Positions 1 through 9,771 of a stretch of 64,000 nucleotides of DNA are shown here, piece by piece. The notes below the pieces were generated by a model. It worked only from the letters and a program-made list of their open reading frames with translations. It did not search any database and was not told where the DNA came from. The stretch is from Synergistaceae bacterium (lineage in GTDB: Bacteria; Synergistota; Synergistia; Synergistales; Aminobacteriaceae): the NCBI GenBank assembly GCA_017450125.1, contig JAFSWZ010000013.1:78282-142281 (forward strand). Reading direction: 5' to 3'. A program made the translations under genes and the position numbers. Numbering within the stretch: position 1 is the stretch's first letter; every line of letters starts with the position of its first letter.

Positions 1-1
1 C

Positions 2-133
2 GAGAACGTGCCGGGAATGCGCATCCTAATGAAGCTGGCTGACGATGTGAGGTACTTCAACGCGTTCAGCAGCAACAACATCATGATATACATTGACACA
101 AAGGAGAAGGAGAGGACACATGAGGGAAGTTAG
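2..133 (+). CDS. C-terminal fragment of a gene entering from the left edge (possibly HATPase/anti-sigma kinase-like)
   Basis: Open frame from the window edge to TAG at 131-133 (ENVPGMRILMKLADDVRYFNAFSSNNIMIYIDTKEKE...). Absent from the ORF track because it has no start in the window. Overlaps the next start by 14 nt. Confidence 0.35.
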   Translation, partial: ENVPGMRILMKLADDVRYFNAFSSNNIMIYIDTKEKERTHEGS

Positions 134-827
134 TATTGAGGGCTGCCCGGTTATAGGCACGGGCACATTCGGCAAAGTCTACAGGCTTGACGCTGATACT
201 GTGGTGAAAGTCTACGATGACCCCGCAAACCTGCCCCTTATAGAGACTGAGCAGGAAAGATCTCGGCGGGCGTTTATCAGGGGCATTCCGACGGCGATAC
301 CGTTCGGGATTGCGAGAGTAGGAGACAGTTACGGCTCAATGTTCGAGCTTATAGAGGCGCGCAACTGCAACGACTTCATAGCCGCACACCCGGAGAAGGC
401 CGACAAGCTCATAGAGGAATACGCCGGGTTCATCAGGAAACTTCACGCAGTCAAAGCCAAGCCCGGAGAGTTCCCGGATGTCCGCAAGGTCTACACAGAC
501 TACCTCGAGTGCATCAAGCAGTATCTGCCTGAGGACATTTACGCTGGGCTTGAAAGTTTCGTTACAGCTGTGCCGGAAGAGGCGGGGCTTGTTCACGGTG
601 ATATCCAGATGAAAAACGTAATGCTCTCCAACGGCGAGATGATGCTAATCGACATGAACACGCTCAGCGCAGGAAATCAGCTGTTCGAGTTCGCCGGAGA
701 CAGCAGGGACATTCAGATTCTTGCGTGGATGAGGTTTCTTCATGTCGTGATGATTGAGCTTTCCTCGCCCGACAGTTTCATGATTGCACCGACAATCGAC
801 AAGTTAAGGAGGCTTCTTGACAAGTGA
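120..827 (+). CDS. Protein kinase-like / aminoglycoside-phosphotransferase-fold protein
   Basis: Gly-rich loop GTGTFGKVYRL, VVKVY lysine, catalytic HGDIQMKNVML, LIDMN. ATG at 120 follows RBS AAGGAGAAGGAGAGG (101-115), so it is preferred over TTG at 93. Confidence 0.6.
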   Translation: MREVSIEGCPVIGTGTFGKVYRLDADTVVKVYDDPANLPLIETEQERSRRAFIRGIPTAIPFGIARVGDSYGSMFELIEARNCNDFIAAHPEKADKLIEEYAGFIRKLHAVKAKPGEFPDVRKVYTDYLECIKQYLPEDIYAGLESFVTAVPEEAGLVHGDIQMKNVMLSNGEMMLIDMNTLSAGNQLFEFAGDSRDIQILAWMRFLHVVMIELSSPDSFMIAPTIDKLRRLLDK

Positions 828-1603
828 GAATATACGTTAATACGTGCGTCCTTCCGAGATGCAGGCTCGAGACGGCCAAGATTTACCGCGATGAATTTGG
901 GGATGATTTGCGCTTTGAGATTCTGCCGATGTTCGACCTGCCGGAGTTCGAGGCAAACCTTGCGGCCAATCTGGACTTCTTCCGTGAAGGAACTGTGAGC
1001 TTTCACGAGCCTGTTTTCTGCGTTGAGCACACCGCCCCGAAGGGCACGCCGGAATACGCTGAATCAATGCGGCACATCATGCTGACCAAGAAATACGCGG
1101 ACATTCTGCACCCTGAGCACATGGTCTATCACCTCAACAACTGCGCAGTACCCCCCTCCGCCAAAGACGCGATGCTGAGCACGTCCCTCGCCAATCTCGA
1201 GGAGATACGGGAAATCTTCTCCGGCGTTCAGATTTTTGTGGAGAACACCGGCACAGACATCAAGGGCGACAAGCTGTTAGACCAGCAGGAGTTCACTGAC
1301 TTGTGCAGGGAGAAGAGCTTTGACGTGCTGATAGACATCGGGCACGCACACGCAAATTCATGGGACATCAGGAAGCTCATTGCTGACCTGAAGCCGCAGA
1401 TACGCGCATTCCACCTTCACAACAACGACGGAGTTCATGACCTGCACAACAGAATTAATGACGGGACGCTGGACTTTGCGGAAGTCATGACCTGTATCCG
1501 CGCGCAGGTTCCTGAAGCAGACCTAATCATAGAGTACACGAGGCCGGAATATCACGGCCAGCCGTTAATGGAGGACATCAGGACATTATGCAGGATGATA
1601 TGA
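824..1603 (+). CDS. Sugar phosphate isomerase/epimerase (xylose isomerase-like TIM barrel)
   Basis: 259 aa with FVENTG, DIGHAH and HLHNNDG...HDLH metal-ligand style motifs typical of the AP-endonuclease-2/xylose-isomerase-like fold. GTGA overlap with the upstream stop. Confidence 0.6.
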   Translation: MRIYVNTCVLPRCRLETAKIYRDEFGDDLRFEILPMFDLPEFEANLAANLDFFREGTVSFHEPVFCVEHTAPKGTPEYAESMRHIMLTKKYADILHPEHMVYHLNNCAVPPSAKDAMLSTSLANLEEIREIFSGVQIFVENTGTDIKGDKLLDQQEFTDLCREKSFDVLIDIGHAHANSWDIRKLIADLKPQIRAFHLHNNDGVHDLHNRINDGTLDFAEVMTCIRAQVPEADLIIEYTRPEYHGQPLMEDIRTLCRMI

Positions 1604-2904
1604 GAGAGGCACGGTTAGCCTATATTTTCGCGAACATGGCTGACGCTGTGTGCATCACCAGAAAGAACGGTGCTGTGCTATACGTCAACAACAGCGCGGC
1701 ACAACTCTTCAGCCTCAGCCGTTACGACGGAATGAAGATATGGGACGTTATCCGCTTCACAGAGAAGAATGACGGTATTATCCAGCTCTTCCTCGACGCA
1801 GTAACACAGGGCAAGGACATAAATTCGCTTGTCGAGTACGAGGCCAACGACGGAAAAATCTTCAGCCTTCACGTAAATATGACGTACATGGACGATGGGA
1901 ACGGAATTTTCGTGATGGTAGCAAGAGACCTAACGGAGCTTGTGCGCGTGAACTCTGCTTTTGCACGGTACACCTCGCCGGAAATCGCAAAGTACGTCCT
2001 GACCACACCCGGCGGCGAGAAACAGGGAGGCCAGACCCGCGACGTTACCATACTGATGAGCGACCTTCGGGGCTTCACTGCACTGAGCACGAAGCTGCAC
2101 CCTGATACCCTGATAGCTATACTCAATCACTACTTCGAGGAAATGACCGCAGTAATATCCCGCTGGCACGGCACGGTGATAGAGTTTCTTGGCGACGGAA
2201 TATTTGTCGTGTTCGGAGCACCTGAGGCTGACCCTGAGCACGCAGAACACGCCGTCTCATGTGCCCTCGAGATGCAGAACGCGATGTCGGGCGTGAACAG
2301 CTGGAACGCTTCGCATGGTTATCCTGCGCTGGAGATGGGTATAGGGATAAATTCCGGGCCTGCAGTCGTCGGCAATATAGGTTCAGCGGACAAGATGAAG
2401 TATGGCTGTATGGGCGAGACGGTCAACTTGGCCGGACGTACTGAGACCTTCACGACCGGCAGCCAGATATACATCACGGAACGCACTAAGGCCGGGCTTC
2501 ACTCTGAGCTGTCAGTCTCAGAGGAACAAAGTTTCATGCCCAAAGGTACGGCCAGCCCCATGAAGATATTTGCGGTCGACGGGCTGGGTGATGTTCACAT
2601 GACGCACAAAGAATACGTGATGAGGGACACTGTGCGCAAACCAGAGGTAAAATTCTTCAGGATTACCGGCGCAAAGAACGTTGACGGTGAAGAATGCACA
2701 GGCCGAGTTCTGAAGCTGTCTGACGATGAACGCTATGCAGTCATCGAGAGCGGTAATCACGTCGACGCGCTGCAAAACATCGTGATAAATACTGACGGGG
2801 GACTGCTTTACGCAAAGGCTGTCAGTGTCAGCGGACGGCAAATCACAATCTGCTTCACCTCCAAGCCCGACAATTTCCCCTCGTGGGTCAAAAGCCTGTT
2901 TTAG
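1588..2904 (+). CDS. PAS-sensor class III adenylate/guanylate cyclase with an extra C-terminal domain
   Basis: N-terminal PAS-like segment (AVCITRKNGAVLYVNNSAAQLF). Cyclase motifs ILMSDLRGFTALS, FLGDGIFVVFGAP, GINSGPAVVGNIGS, KYGCMGETVNLAGRTE. About 100 aa of unassigned C-terminal beta-rich domain. Alternative ATG at 1600 (ATGA overlap). Confidence 0.8.
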   Translation: MQDDMREARLAYIFANMADAVCITRKNGAVLYVNNSAAQLFSLSRYDGMKIWDVIRFTEKNDGIIQLFLDAVTQGKDINSLVEYEANDGKIFSLHVNMTYMDDGNGIFVMVARDLTELVRVNSAFARYTSPEIAKYVLTTPGGEKQGGQTRDVTILMSDLRGFTALSTKLHPDTLIAILNHYFEEMTAVISRWHGTVIEFLGDGIFVVFGAPEADPEHAEHAVSCALEMQNAMSGVNSWNASHGYPALEMGIGINSGPAVVGNIGSADKMKYGCMGETVNLAGRTETFTTGSQIYITERTKAGLHSELSVSEEQSFMPKGTASPMKIFAVDGLGDVHMTHKEYVMRDTVRKPEVKFFRITGAKNVDGEECTGRVLKLSDDERYAVIESGNHVDALQNIVINTDGGLLYAKAVSVSGRQITICFTSKPDNFPSWVKSLF

Positions 2905-2923
2905 CCCTCACCAACGCACAATG

Positions 2924-2958
2924 AAAACGGCCTCCCCATTCTCGGAGAGACCGTTTTT
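2924..2958. terminator. Bidirectional rho-independent terminator between convergent genes
   Basis: AAAACGGCCTCCCC-loop-GGAGAGACCGTTTTT: imperfect GC stem flanked by an A-run and a T-run, between the cyclase stop and the rpsA stop. Confidence 0.55.
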
Positions 2959-2970
2959 GTTTCCGCCTTG

Positions 2971-4605
2971 TTACTCTTTTCCCCAGTCCAAGCCTTTGAA
3001 GGCTTCCGCGAACGGGGTGTAATTTCCTTCTTCCGAGTCGTCCTCGTAACCTGTAACATCCTTATCGCGGTGAGGGTAATTCTTTCCGCCCTTGCGGTCT
3101 CTGCGGTCGCCTCTCTCGGAACGGTCTCCCCTAAGCTCGGGTCTGCCTTCCGCCTCAGGTGCTGCCTCCTTCACAGGTTCGGGCTCAAGCGCGCTGAGGG
3201 ACAGCCTCATTCTGCGCTGTGCCTGGTCAACCTCGAGGATGCGCGCCGTAATTTCTTGGCCTTCCGTGAGAACGTCAGCGGGCTTCTCCACTCTCTTGCG
3301 GCTGAGCTGGGAGATGTGGATAAGTGCCTCAACGCCCTCTTCGAGCTCCACGAACGCCCCGAACTCCGCCAGACGCACAACCTTTACGGGCACGTCCTGA
3401 CCCTTGACGTAACGCTTGTCGATGTCCGCCCACGGGTCATTGAGCTGCTTGCACCCGAGACTGATGCGGCGTTTCTCCTGGTCTGCCTCGAGAACGAGAA
3501 CCTCGAGCTCCTGCCCTCTGCGAAGGACATCACGCGGCTTCTTGATGCGCGCCCAGCTGATGTCTCCGACGTGCACGAGGCCTTCAATGCCCGGCTCAAG
3601 CTCAACGAACGCCCCGAAGTCCGTGAGGTTCGTTACCGTGCCTTTCATGACATCGCCCTTGTGGATGCGCTCGCTCATGGTGTCCCACGGGTCGCCGGTT
3701 ACCTGCTTGATGCTGAGGGAAATCCTGTCCTTGTCGCGCTCGATACCGATGACCTTCACCTTAACCTTGTCGCCCTTCTTGAACATGTCGCGTATCTTCA
3801 CGTTGCGCTTCCACGTGAGCTCCGTAACATGAACGAGGCCGTCAAGCTCGCCGAGATTTACGAACACGCCGAAGTCCGTCAGGCTCGACACTTCACCTTC
3901 TACGATGTCGCCCTCATGAACTCTCTCGTAGAACTTGGCCTTACGCTCGTTCTCTGCTTCCTCGAGGAGCTCGCGGCGCGAGAACACAAGCCTGTGCTTC
4001 CTCTTGTCGTGGTCGAGTACCTTGACCTTTATGTTCTGGCCGACGAAGTTCGACGGGTTAGCTCCTCTGCCTGCAAGCGTGAGGTGAGATACGGGGATGA
4101 ACCCCTCGAGCCCGAAGCTGTCCACCATGAGCCCGCCCTTGACACGGCTCACACCGCGAACCTGCATCACGGGGCTTTCCTTTACGGCTGCCTCGAGTGC
4201 TTCCCATCTCCTGTCGAACTCGTGCCTCCAGCGCGACAGCAATAACTGTGCTTCTTCGCCGTCTCTTACGCTGACTACTTCAACTTCTATCTGGTCGCCC
4301 GCTTTAGGTTCAGGGCCGGTCTCGATGAGCGCGTGATTGGTGTACTCCTTCTCGGGAAGAACGCCCTCGCACTTAAACCCTACGTCGACGATGAAACCTG
4401 CGTCCGTCTTGCCTACTACCGTGCCCGTAAGTATCTGCCCCTTGCGAAGCCTCACCGCGCTGCCGTACTGGTCGAGGAGTTCCCCCATGTTTTCCGGCTC
4501 ATGCTGTGCTTCTGCCTGTGCACCTTCCGACTGGACGGGTGCTGTGTCTTCCGCTGCTGCAGCTTCCTGTGCTGTTAATTCCTGCTGATCCATGATGTGA
4601 ATCAA
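2971..4605 (-). CDS. rpsA: 30S ribosomal protein S1
   Basis: Repeated S1/OB domains (GTVVGKTDAGFIVDVG, GVSRVKGGLMVD, GEVSSLTDFGVFVNLG, GTVTNLTDFGAFVELE, VKVVRLAEFGAFVELEEG). Lies directly downstream of ispH. Start is TTG at 4605 or ATG at 4593. Confidence 0.93.
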   Translation of the reverse strand: MIHIMDQQELTAQEAAAAEDTAPVQSEGAQAEAQHEPENMGELLDQYGSAVRLRKGQILTGTVVGKTDAGFIVDVGFKCEGVLPEKEYTNHALIETGPEPKAGDQIEVEVVSVRDGEEAQLLLSRWRHEFDRRWEALEAAVKESPVMQVRGVSRVKGGLMVDSFGLEGFIPVSHLTLAGRGANPSNFVGQNIKVKVLDHDKRKHRLVFSRRELLEEAENERKAKFYERVHEGDIVEGEVSSLTDFGVFVNLGELDGLVHVTELTWKRNVKIRDMFKKGDKVKVKVIGIERDKDRISLSIKQVTGDPWDTMSERIHKGDVMKGTVTNLTDFGAFVELEPGIEGLVHVGDISWARIKKPRDVLRRGQELEVLVLEADQEKRRISLGCKQLNDPWADIDKRYVKGQDVPVKVVRLAEFGAFVELEEGVEALIHISQLSRKRVEKPADVLTEGQEITARILEVDQAQRRMRLSLSALEPEPVKEAAPEAEGRPELRGDRSERGDRRDRKGGKNYPHRDKDVTGYEDDSEEGNYTPFAEAFKGLDWGKE

Positions 4606-4620
4606 ACCCCCTATTACTGC

Positions 4621-5472
4621 CTATTTGTGCGCTATTATGTTACGTATTTTATCGATAAGCCACCCGGGCGTGCTTGCTCCGGCGGCAATACCAATCCTGT
4701 TTTTACCCGTGAACCAGTTGCGATTTTCCTCCAGCTCGTCCTCGTCCTCTACCCATAACACACTTACTCCCTCAGAAGCTATTATGTCCCTCAGCTTGCC
4801 GGTGTTCGCGCTCTCTCTTCCGCCAATCAGCACCACTCCGTCAACATTGCTGTCTCTGACGAGTGCGCGTGCACTTGCCTGACGTTCGGCCGTAGCCTTG
4901 CAGATTGTGTTGCACACGTGGAGCTCCGAGCACTTCATTGAAAGAAGCCCTGCTACCTTCGCCAGGCGTTCTTCTCTCTGCGTAGTCTGCGAGACCAGTG
5001 CGATTCTCGGATGTCTGGTGATGTGAGCTGCCTCTTCCTCATCCGCCGCAACGTCGACGGTTTCAGGATGTGCAGTGTGCCCGAGAATGCCCTTGATTTC
5101 GGGATGGTTCTTGTCTCCCAGAAGAACGATGTGATAGTTCAGCTTCTCCCATTCCGCCGCCATGTCCTGAGCCTTCTTGACGAAAGGGCACGTCATGTCA
5201 TCGACAACTGCACCCTTCGCCGAAAGTTCCGCCAGCACCTCGAGCGGCTCGCCGTGAGCGCGAATGAGCACCCTTGCTCCGGCGGGGATGTCCTCAGCCG
5301 AACGTGCTACCTTCAGCCCCATAGCCTCAAGGCGTGCAACTTCCTGCGGGTTGTGGATGGGAAGCCCTATCGTCCAGACCTCCGGCGTGTCGCGAAGGGC
5401 TGCCTCTATTGCGTCGACTGCACGCTTCACCCCGAAACAGAAACCGGCATGTTCCGCCATAACCGTTATCAT
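4621..5472 (-). CDS. ispH: 4-hydroxy-3-methylbut-2-enyl diphosphate reductase
   Basis: GFCFGVKRAV N-terminus, conserved Cys positions (TCPFV, CNTIC), 283 aa. ATGA overlap with the miaA stop. Confidence 0.92.
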   Translation of the reverse strand: MITVMAEHAGFCFGVKRAVDAIEAALRDTPEVWTIGLPIHNPQEVARLEAMGLKVARSAEDIPAGARVLIRAHGEPLEVLAELSAKGAVVDDMTCPFVKKAQDMAAEWEKLNYHIVLLGDKNHPEIKGILGHTAHPETVDVAADEEEAAHITRHPRIALVSQTTQREERLAKVAGLLSMKCSELHVCNTICKATAERQASARALVRDSNVDGVVLIGGRESANTGKLRDIIASEGVSVLWVEDEDELEENRNWFTGKNRIGIAAGASTPGWLIDKIRNIIAHK

Positions 5473-6413
5473 TCGTGAGCTTCTCCGTGCATGTGATGTG
5501 TTATAGCCTCTATGATTTCTTCCTCGTGATTTGACGCGGACATGTCAAACCAGACTGCGGGCGTGAACTTCTTGAACCACGTCTGCTGTCTCCGGCAGAA
5601 TGCCTTTGTCCGTGAGATTGTCTGCTCAAGTGCCTGCTCCAGTGTCAACTTCCCGCGATGATGCTCGATGAGTTCCTTGTAGCCCAAGCCCTTCAGCGGG
5701 TTGAACCTCTCATCAAAACCGTGCGACAGAAGCCAGCTTATTTCTTCAGGGAAACCCTCCGAGAACTCCTGCTCAAGCCGTATCTCTATGCGCGAGAACA
5801 GTTCTTCCCTCGCCCGCGACAGCCCGACGTACAGCACATCGAAGCCGTAATCACGTTTGCTGCCTTCCTGATAGAGCTGTGAGGGAGCTTTCCCCGTCAA
5901 GTCCCATATCTCCAGAGCCCGCGTTACTCTCTGAACGTCATTCTTGTGGAGCCTTCCCGCCGTCTCGGGGTCAACCTCAGCCAGCCTCATGTGAAGCAGC
6001 TCTGCTCCCTGAGAGTTGGCGAGCGTCTCGTACTTCTCCCGAACCTCAGAGTCAGACGGCAGCTCTTCATTCAGCACAGCGTGAAACAGCGCGTTGTAGT
6101 AGAACGGAGTTCCGCCGACGAACAGCGGGATACGTCTGCGCGCAAGAATACGCGATGCCGCACGTGATGCTTCTTCTGCGAAGTCTGAGACGGTGAATTT
6201 TTCGTCGGGGTCGGCAATGTCTATCATGTGGTGTGGAATTTCACGGCGCAACGCAGGCGAAATCTTGTCAGTGCCAACGTCCATGTAGCGATACACCTGA
6301 CGTGAATCTACTGATATGATTTCAGCGTTTAGTTTCTCTGCAATGGATAAGCTGAGCGCAGTTTTGCCTACCGCTGTAGCTCCGATTAAAGCAACCACAG
6401 GCTGCCGATTCAT
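5469..6413 (-). CDS. miaA: tRNA dimethylallyltransferase
   Basis: P-loop VALIGATAVGKTALS, then SVDSRQVYRYMDVGTDK and IPHHMIDI. I trimmed the ORF-track N-terminal extension to ATG at 6413 (MNRQPVV...). Confidence 0.9.
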   Translation of the reverse strand: MNRQPVVALIGATAVGKTALSLSIAEKLNAEIISVDSRQVYRYMDVGTDKISPALRREIPHHMIDIADPDEKFTVSDFAEEASRAASRILARRRIPLFVGGTPFYYNALFHAVLNEELPSDSEVREKYETLANSQGAELLHMRLAEVDPETAGRLHKNDVQRVTRALEIWDLTGKAPSQLYQEGSKRDYGFDVLYVGLSRAREELFSRIEIRLEQEFSEGFPEEISWLLSHGFDERFNPLKGLGYKELIEHHRGKLTLEQALEQTISRTKAFCRRQQTWFKKFTPAVWFDMSASNHEEEIIEAITHHMHGEAHE

Positions 6414-6525
6414 AAAAATGCTAATGACCTCTTGACGCGAAATAGAATTGATGCGGTGATTATAGCATAAATCGTGAAACTGCGAGTGTATAATTAGCCA
6501 ATCCGTTACATGAAGGAGACGAACT

Positions 6526-7047
6526 GTGATGAAGAAGTATCCTCCCCTCGAGATAGTTGCGCCGGTAGTGTTCGCGGTAGTGTTTGCGGTTACGCTGATA
6601 TACTCGCGGTTCGAGCCGCATGTTGAGGACGTGGACGCGTCGTACGTCAAGGCCAACACCGGGAAAGCAGGCTACGTGCTGGTTGACGTGAGGAGCGAGG
6701 AGGTTTTTGAGGGAGCGTCTCCGATGCCTGGAGTTCCTGGCGGGCACATTCCTGGAGCAGTGAACTTTCCGCTCGATGACCTGAAGATTGCGGCACCAGC
6801 GGCGGCACTGGCCAAGACGGGCATCGTGAAGGACAGGACGGTGATACTGTACTGTAACACCGGGACAGCGGCGGGGAAGTTCGCTGATGCGTTGATCCGG
6901 CACTTCAACTTTTCGCCCTCGCGCCTGAAGAACTATCGCGGCAGCATGCGGGATTGGTCAAGGTACTCGTCGAACCCTCTGTTGCCGAAAGACCACGAGA
7001 CCGGCCTTCCCGACGCAGTGAAGCCGCTGACACTCGGGGGCAAATGA
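6526..7047 (+). CDS. Rhodanese-domain sulfurtransferase with N-terminal membrane anchor
   Basis: YVLVDVRSEEVFEG, GHIPGAVNFP, active-site loop ILYCNTGTAAG. Hydrophobic N-terminus. RBS AAGGAG at 6513-6518. Confidence 0.75.
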   Translation: MMKKYPPLEIVAPVVFAVVFAVTLIYSRFEPHVEDVDASYVKANTGKAGYVLVDVRSEEVFEGASPMPGVPGGHIPGAVNFPLDDLKIAAPAAALAKTGIVKDRTVILYCNTGTAAGKFADALIRHFNFSPSRLKNYRGSMRDWSRYSSNPLLPKDHETGLPDAVKPLTLGGK

Positions 7048-7078
7048 CGGATAATAATTATCGGGAGATGATTCGTAA

Positions 7079-8215
7079 TTGGCAGTACCAATCTTAGACC
7101 TAAAGCGTTCGTTCAGTGAGATAAAGCCGGAAGTTTCTGCGGCGGTAGAGAGAGTGTTTGCCTCGCAGGGATTTATTCTCGGGCGTGAAGTCAGTGTGTT
7201 CGAGAAGCACTGCGAGAAGTATCTCGAGATTCCAGAAGGCTCGTGTGTTGGCTGTGCGTCGGGTACAGATGCATTGCTTCTTGCTCTGATGGCCGAAGAC
7301 CTCAAGCCCGGCGACGAAGTAATCACAACGCCGTTCACGTTCTTTGCGACGGCGGGGGCGATTGCGCGTCTCGGAGGAGTGCCGGTGTTCGTGGACGTTG
7401 ACCCTGTAACGTACAACATCGACCTTCAGCAGGTGATGGACAAAGTTACGGATAGAACGAGAGTTTTTCTGCCTGTGCACTTGTTCGGACAGATGACACC
7501 GCTTGAAGAGATAATCCCCCAGCTTCACGGCAAGGGCATCAAGGTCATCGAGGACTCGGCTCAGGCTTTCGGTGCGACGCGCAACGTCAATGACGAGATT
7601 ACGCGCGCAGGATGCGTCGGTGATGTTGGGTGCTACTCGTTCTTCCCGACGAAGAATCTCGGGGGCTGCGGGGACGGCGGAATGGTAGTCTCTCGCGACA
7701 AGGACACTGCGGAACGTTTGCGCCGTCTTCGTGTTCACGGTTCAGGGACGACGTACTACCACGACGAGATAGGCATAAACAGTCGGCTTGATGCGATTCA
7801 GGCGGCAATACTGGACATCAAGCTCCGCCACCTCGACGAGTGGAACGAACAGCGCAGAAAGTCAGCCGAGTACTACAAGCTGCTGTTCAAGGCGAAGGGG
7901 CTTCATGAGTTCGTGAGCGTCCCTGAGGAACTGCCCGGCAACGTGCACATCTGGCATCAGTACGTAGTGAGGGTCAAGGAGAGGCGCGATGAGCTGATGA
8001 GCTTCCTTGAGGATAAGGGAGTGAGCGTGAGGGTGTATTATCCCCTGCCGCTGCACCTTCAGCCGTGCTTCAGGTATCTGGGTTACGCGGAAGGAAGCCT
8101 GCCGGTCAGCGAGGAGCTGTCGCGTGAGGTTATGGCCTTGCCGGTGTATCCCGGCCTGACGCAGGAGGAACAGGAAGAAGTAGTGGTGAGAATAGCAGAG
8201 TTCTTCACGAAGTAA
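7079..8215 (+). CDS. DegT/DnrJ/EryC1/StrS family PLP-dependent aminotransferase
   Basis: PILDLKR..., GFILGREVSVFE, SGTDALLLAL, PGDEVITTPFTFFATAGAI, VFVDVDPVTYNID, FFPTKNLG. TTG start preceded by GGGAGA. Confidence 0.85.
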   Translation: MAVPILDLKRSFSEIKPEVSAAVERVFASQGFILGREVSVFEKHCEKYLEIPEGSCVGCASGTDALLLALMAEDLKPGDEVITTPFTFFATAGAIARLGGVPVFVDVDPVTYNIDLQQVMDKVTDRTRVFLPVHLFGQMTPLEEIIPQLHGKGIKVIEDSAQAFGATRNVNDEITRAGCVGDVGCYSFFPTKNLGGCGDGGMVVSRDKDTAERLRRLRVHGSGTTYYHDEIGINSRLDAIQAAILDIKLRHLDEWNEQRRKSAEYYKLLFKAKGLHEFVSVPEELPGNVHIWHQYVVRVKERRDELMSFLEDKGVSVRVYYPLPLHLQPCFRYLGYAEGSLPVSEELSREVMALPVYPGLTQEEQEEVVVRIAEFFTK

Positions 8216-8274
8216 TCTGATACAATACCTCCATAAATCCCCCAACATTCAGCTTAATATGGAGGTATTGTTTT

Positions 8275-9771
8275 ATGGTCAACCACGAACTCAACCGGCT
8301 GTTAGCCTTTGCGCTTCACCACCAGCTTATCACGCCCGCCGACAAGATATGGGCGGCAAATTCGCTCATCGGGATACTCGGCATCCACGACTTCCAGCCC
8401 GAAGACATCAGCGAGACGTTCGGGACATCGCCGGACAGCATCTTGGCCAGGATTCTTGACTGGGCGGCAGAAAATCACCTCATCGAGAACACAGAGACCG
8501 AGCGCGACCTTCTCGACACGGAATTAATGGGGGCACTCACACCCAGACCTTCCGACGTGATCGAGAGGTTCAACGCCCTGCGTGCACAGTCCCCCGTAGC
8601 GGCAACTGATTACTTCTACGCGCTGGGAGTGTCGTCGAACTACATACGTTCCGAGCGCACGGCCAAGAACATCTGCTGGAAGAGTGCGACGGAGTTCGGG
8701 GAGCTCGACATCACGATAAACATGAGCAAGCCCGAGAAAGACCCGCGCGACATTGCGAAGGCCAAGACGATAAAGGCGACCGGCTACCCGAAGTGCCTGC
8801 TCTGCAAGGAGAACGAGGGCTTCTACGGTCATCACGGCCACCCTGCGCGACAGAACATCAGGCTTATCCCCGTAGAGCTTGAGGGGCGTGAATGGTATTT
8901 CCAGTACTCGCCCTACAGCTACTACAACGAACACTGCATTGTGCTCGACGGCAATCACGTGCCCATGCTCATCAGCCACGAGACGTTCAGCAACCTCTTT
9001 GCGTTCATCACGGAGTTTCCTCATTACTTTGTGGGCTCGAATGCAGATTTGCCCATCGTCGGGGGCTCGATACTCTCACACGACCACTATCAGGGAGGGC
9101 GTTACGTCTTCGCGATGAACACAGCTCCGTTCGAGCGTCAGTACGAGTACGGTGATAGTGGGGTAACAGTGGGACGCATAAAGTGGCCGATGAGTGCGGT
9201 GCGCCTGCGTTCGGCAGACCCCGAGAAGCTGATACCGTTAGCGGACAAGATTCTTTCTGCGTGGCGCGAATGGACGGACGAGAGCGTGGGAGTGTTAGCG
9301 TATTCCGACGGCGAGCCCCACAACACGATCACGCCGATTGCGCGGAGGCACGGTACGGACTACGAGCTTGACCTTGTGCTCAGGAACAACAGAACGAGCG
9401 AAGAGCACCCGCTGGGCATTTTCCACCCTCACGCAGAAGTTCACCACATCAAGAAAGAGAACATAGGGCTGATTGAGGTAATGGGCTTGGCGGTTCTTCC
9501 TGCGAGGCTGAAGAGTGCTCTGGAGAAGATATGCGCGGCGTGGCTTGAGGGGAAAGAGAGTTTGCCGTCAGAGCTTGAGGCGCATGACGTGTGGTACAGA
9601 GGCCTTCGGAAGAAGCACGAGGGCTTGAGCGGCGAGACGGAGACGCGGGAGATGCTGCGCTCTGAGGTCGGGCACGTGTTCGCGCAGGTTCTGACGGACA
9701 GCGGGGTCTACAAGAGAACGCCGGAAGGTACGGCGGCATTCGACAAATTCATGACGGAGGTATTGCGGTAA
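8275..9771 (+). CDS. galT: UDP-glucose--hexose-1-phosphate uridylyltransferase (GalT, type 2)
   Basis: About 498 aa, the long Firmicutes-type GalT: KATGYPKCLLCKENEGFYG, HPARQNIRLIP, WYFQYSPYSYYNEHCIVL, GGSILSHDHYQGG. Confidence 0.85.
   Translation: MVNHELNRLLAFALHHQLITPADKIWAANSLIGILGIHDFQPEDISETFGTSPDSILARILDWAAENHLIENTETERDLLDTELMGALTPRPSDVIERFNALRAQSPVAATDYFYALGVSSNYIRSERTAKNICWKSATEFGELDITINMSKPEKDPRDIAKAKTIKATGYPKCLLCKENEGFYGHHGHPARQNIRLIPVELEGREWYFQYSPYSYYNEHCIVLDGNHVPMLISHETFSNLFAFITEFPHYFVGSNADLPIVGGSILSHDHYQGGRYVFAMNTAPFERQYEYGDSGVTVGRIKWPMSAVRLRSADPEKLIPLADKILSAWREWTDESVGVLAYSDGEPHNTITPIARRHGTDYELDLVLRNNRTSEEHPLGIFHPHAEVHHIKKENIGLIEVMGLAVLPARLKSALEKICAAWLEGKESLPSELEAHDVWYRGLRKKHEGLSGETETREMLRSEVGHVFAQVLTDSGVYKRTPEGTAAFDKFMTEVLR

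Noticed and set aside
2968-4245. 425-aa plus-strand ORF
   Set aside because: It is antisense to the unambiguous rpsA gene, has low-complexity Leu/Arg/Ala-rich composition and no motifs. This is a typical GC-rich shadow ORF.
5469-6659. N-terminal extensions in the ORF track for miaA (and similarly rnj to 38775, pbpC to 41121, maf to 36167, ACT protein to 53530, recombinase from 49990)
   Set aside because: The extensions lack homology-like sequence and run into neighbouring genes or intergenic DNA. Internal starts with RBS or stop-start overlaps give proteins of family-typical length.
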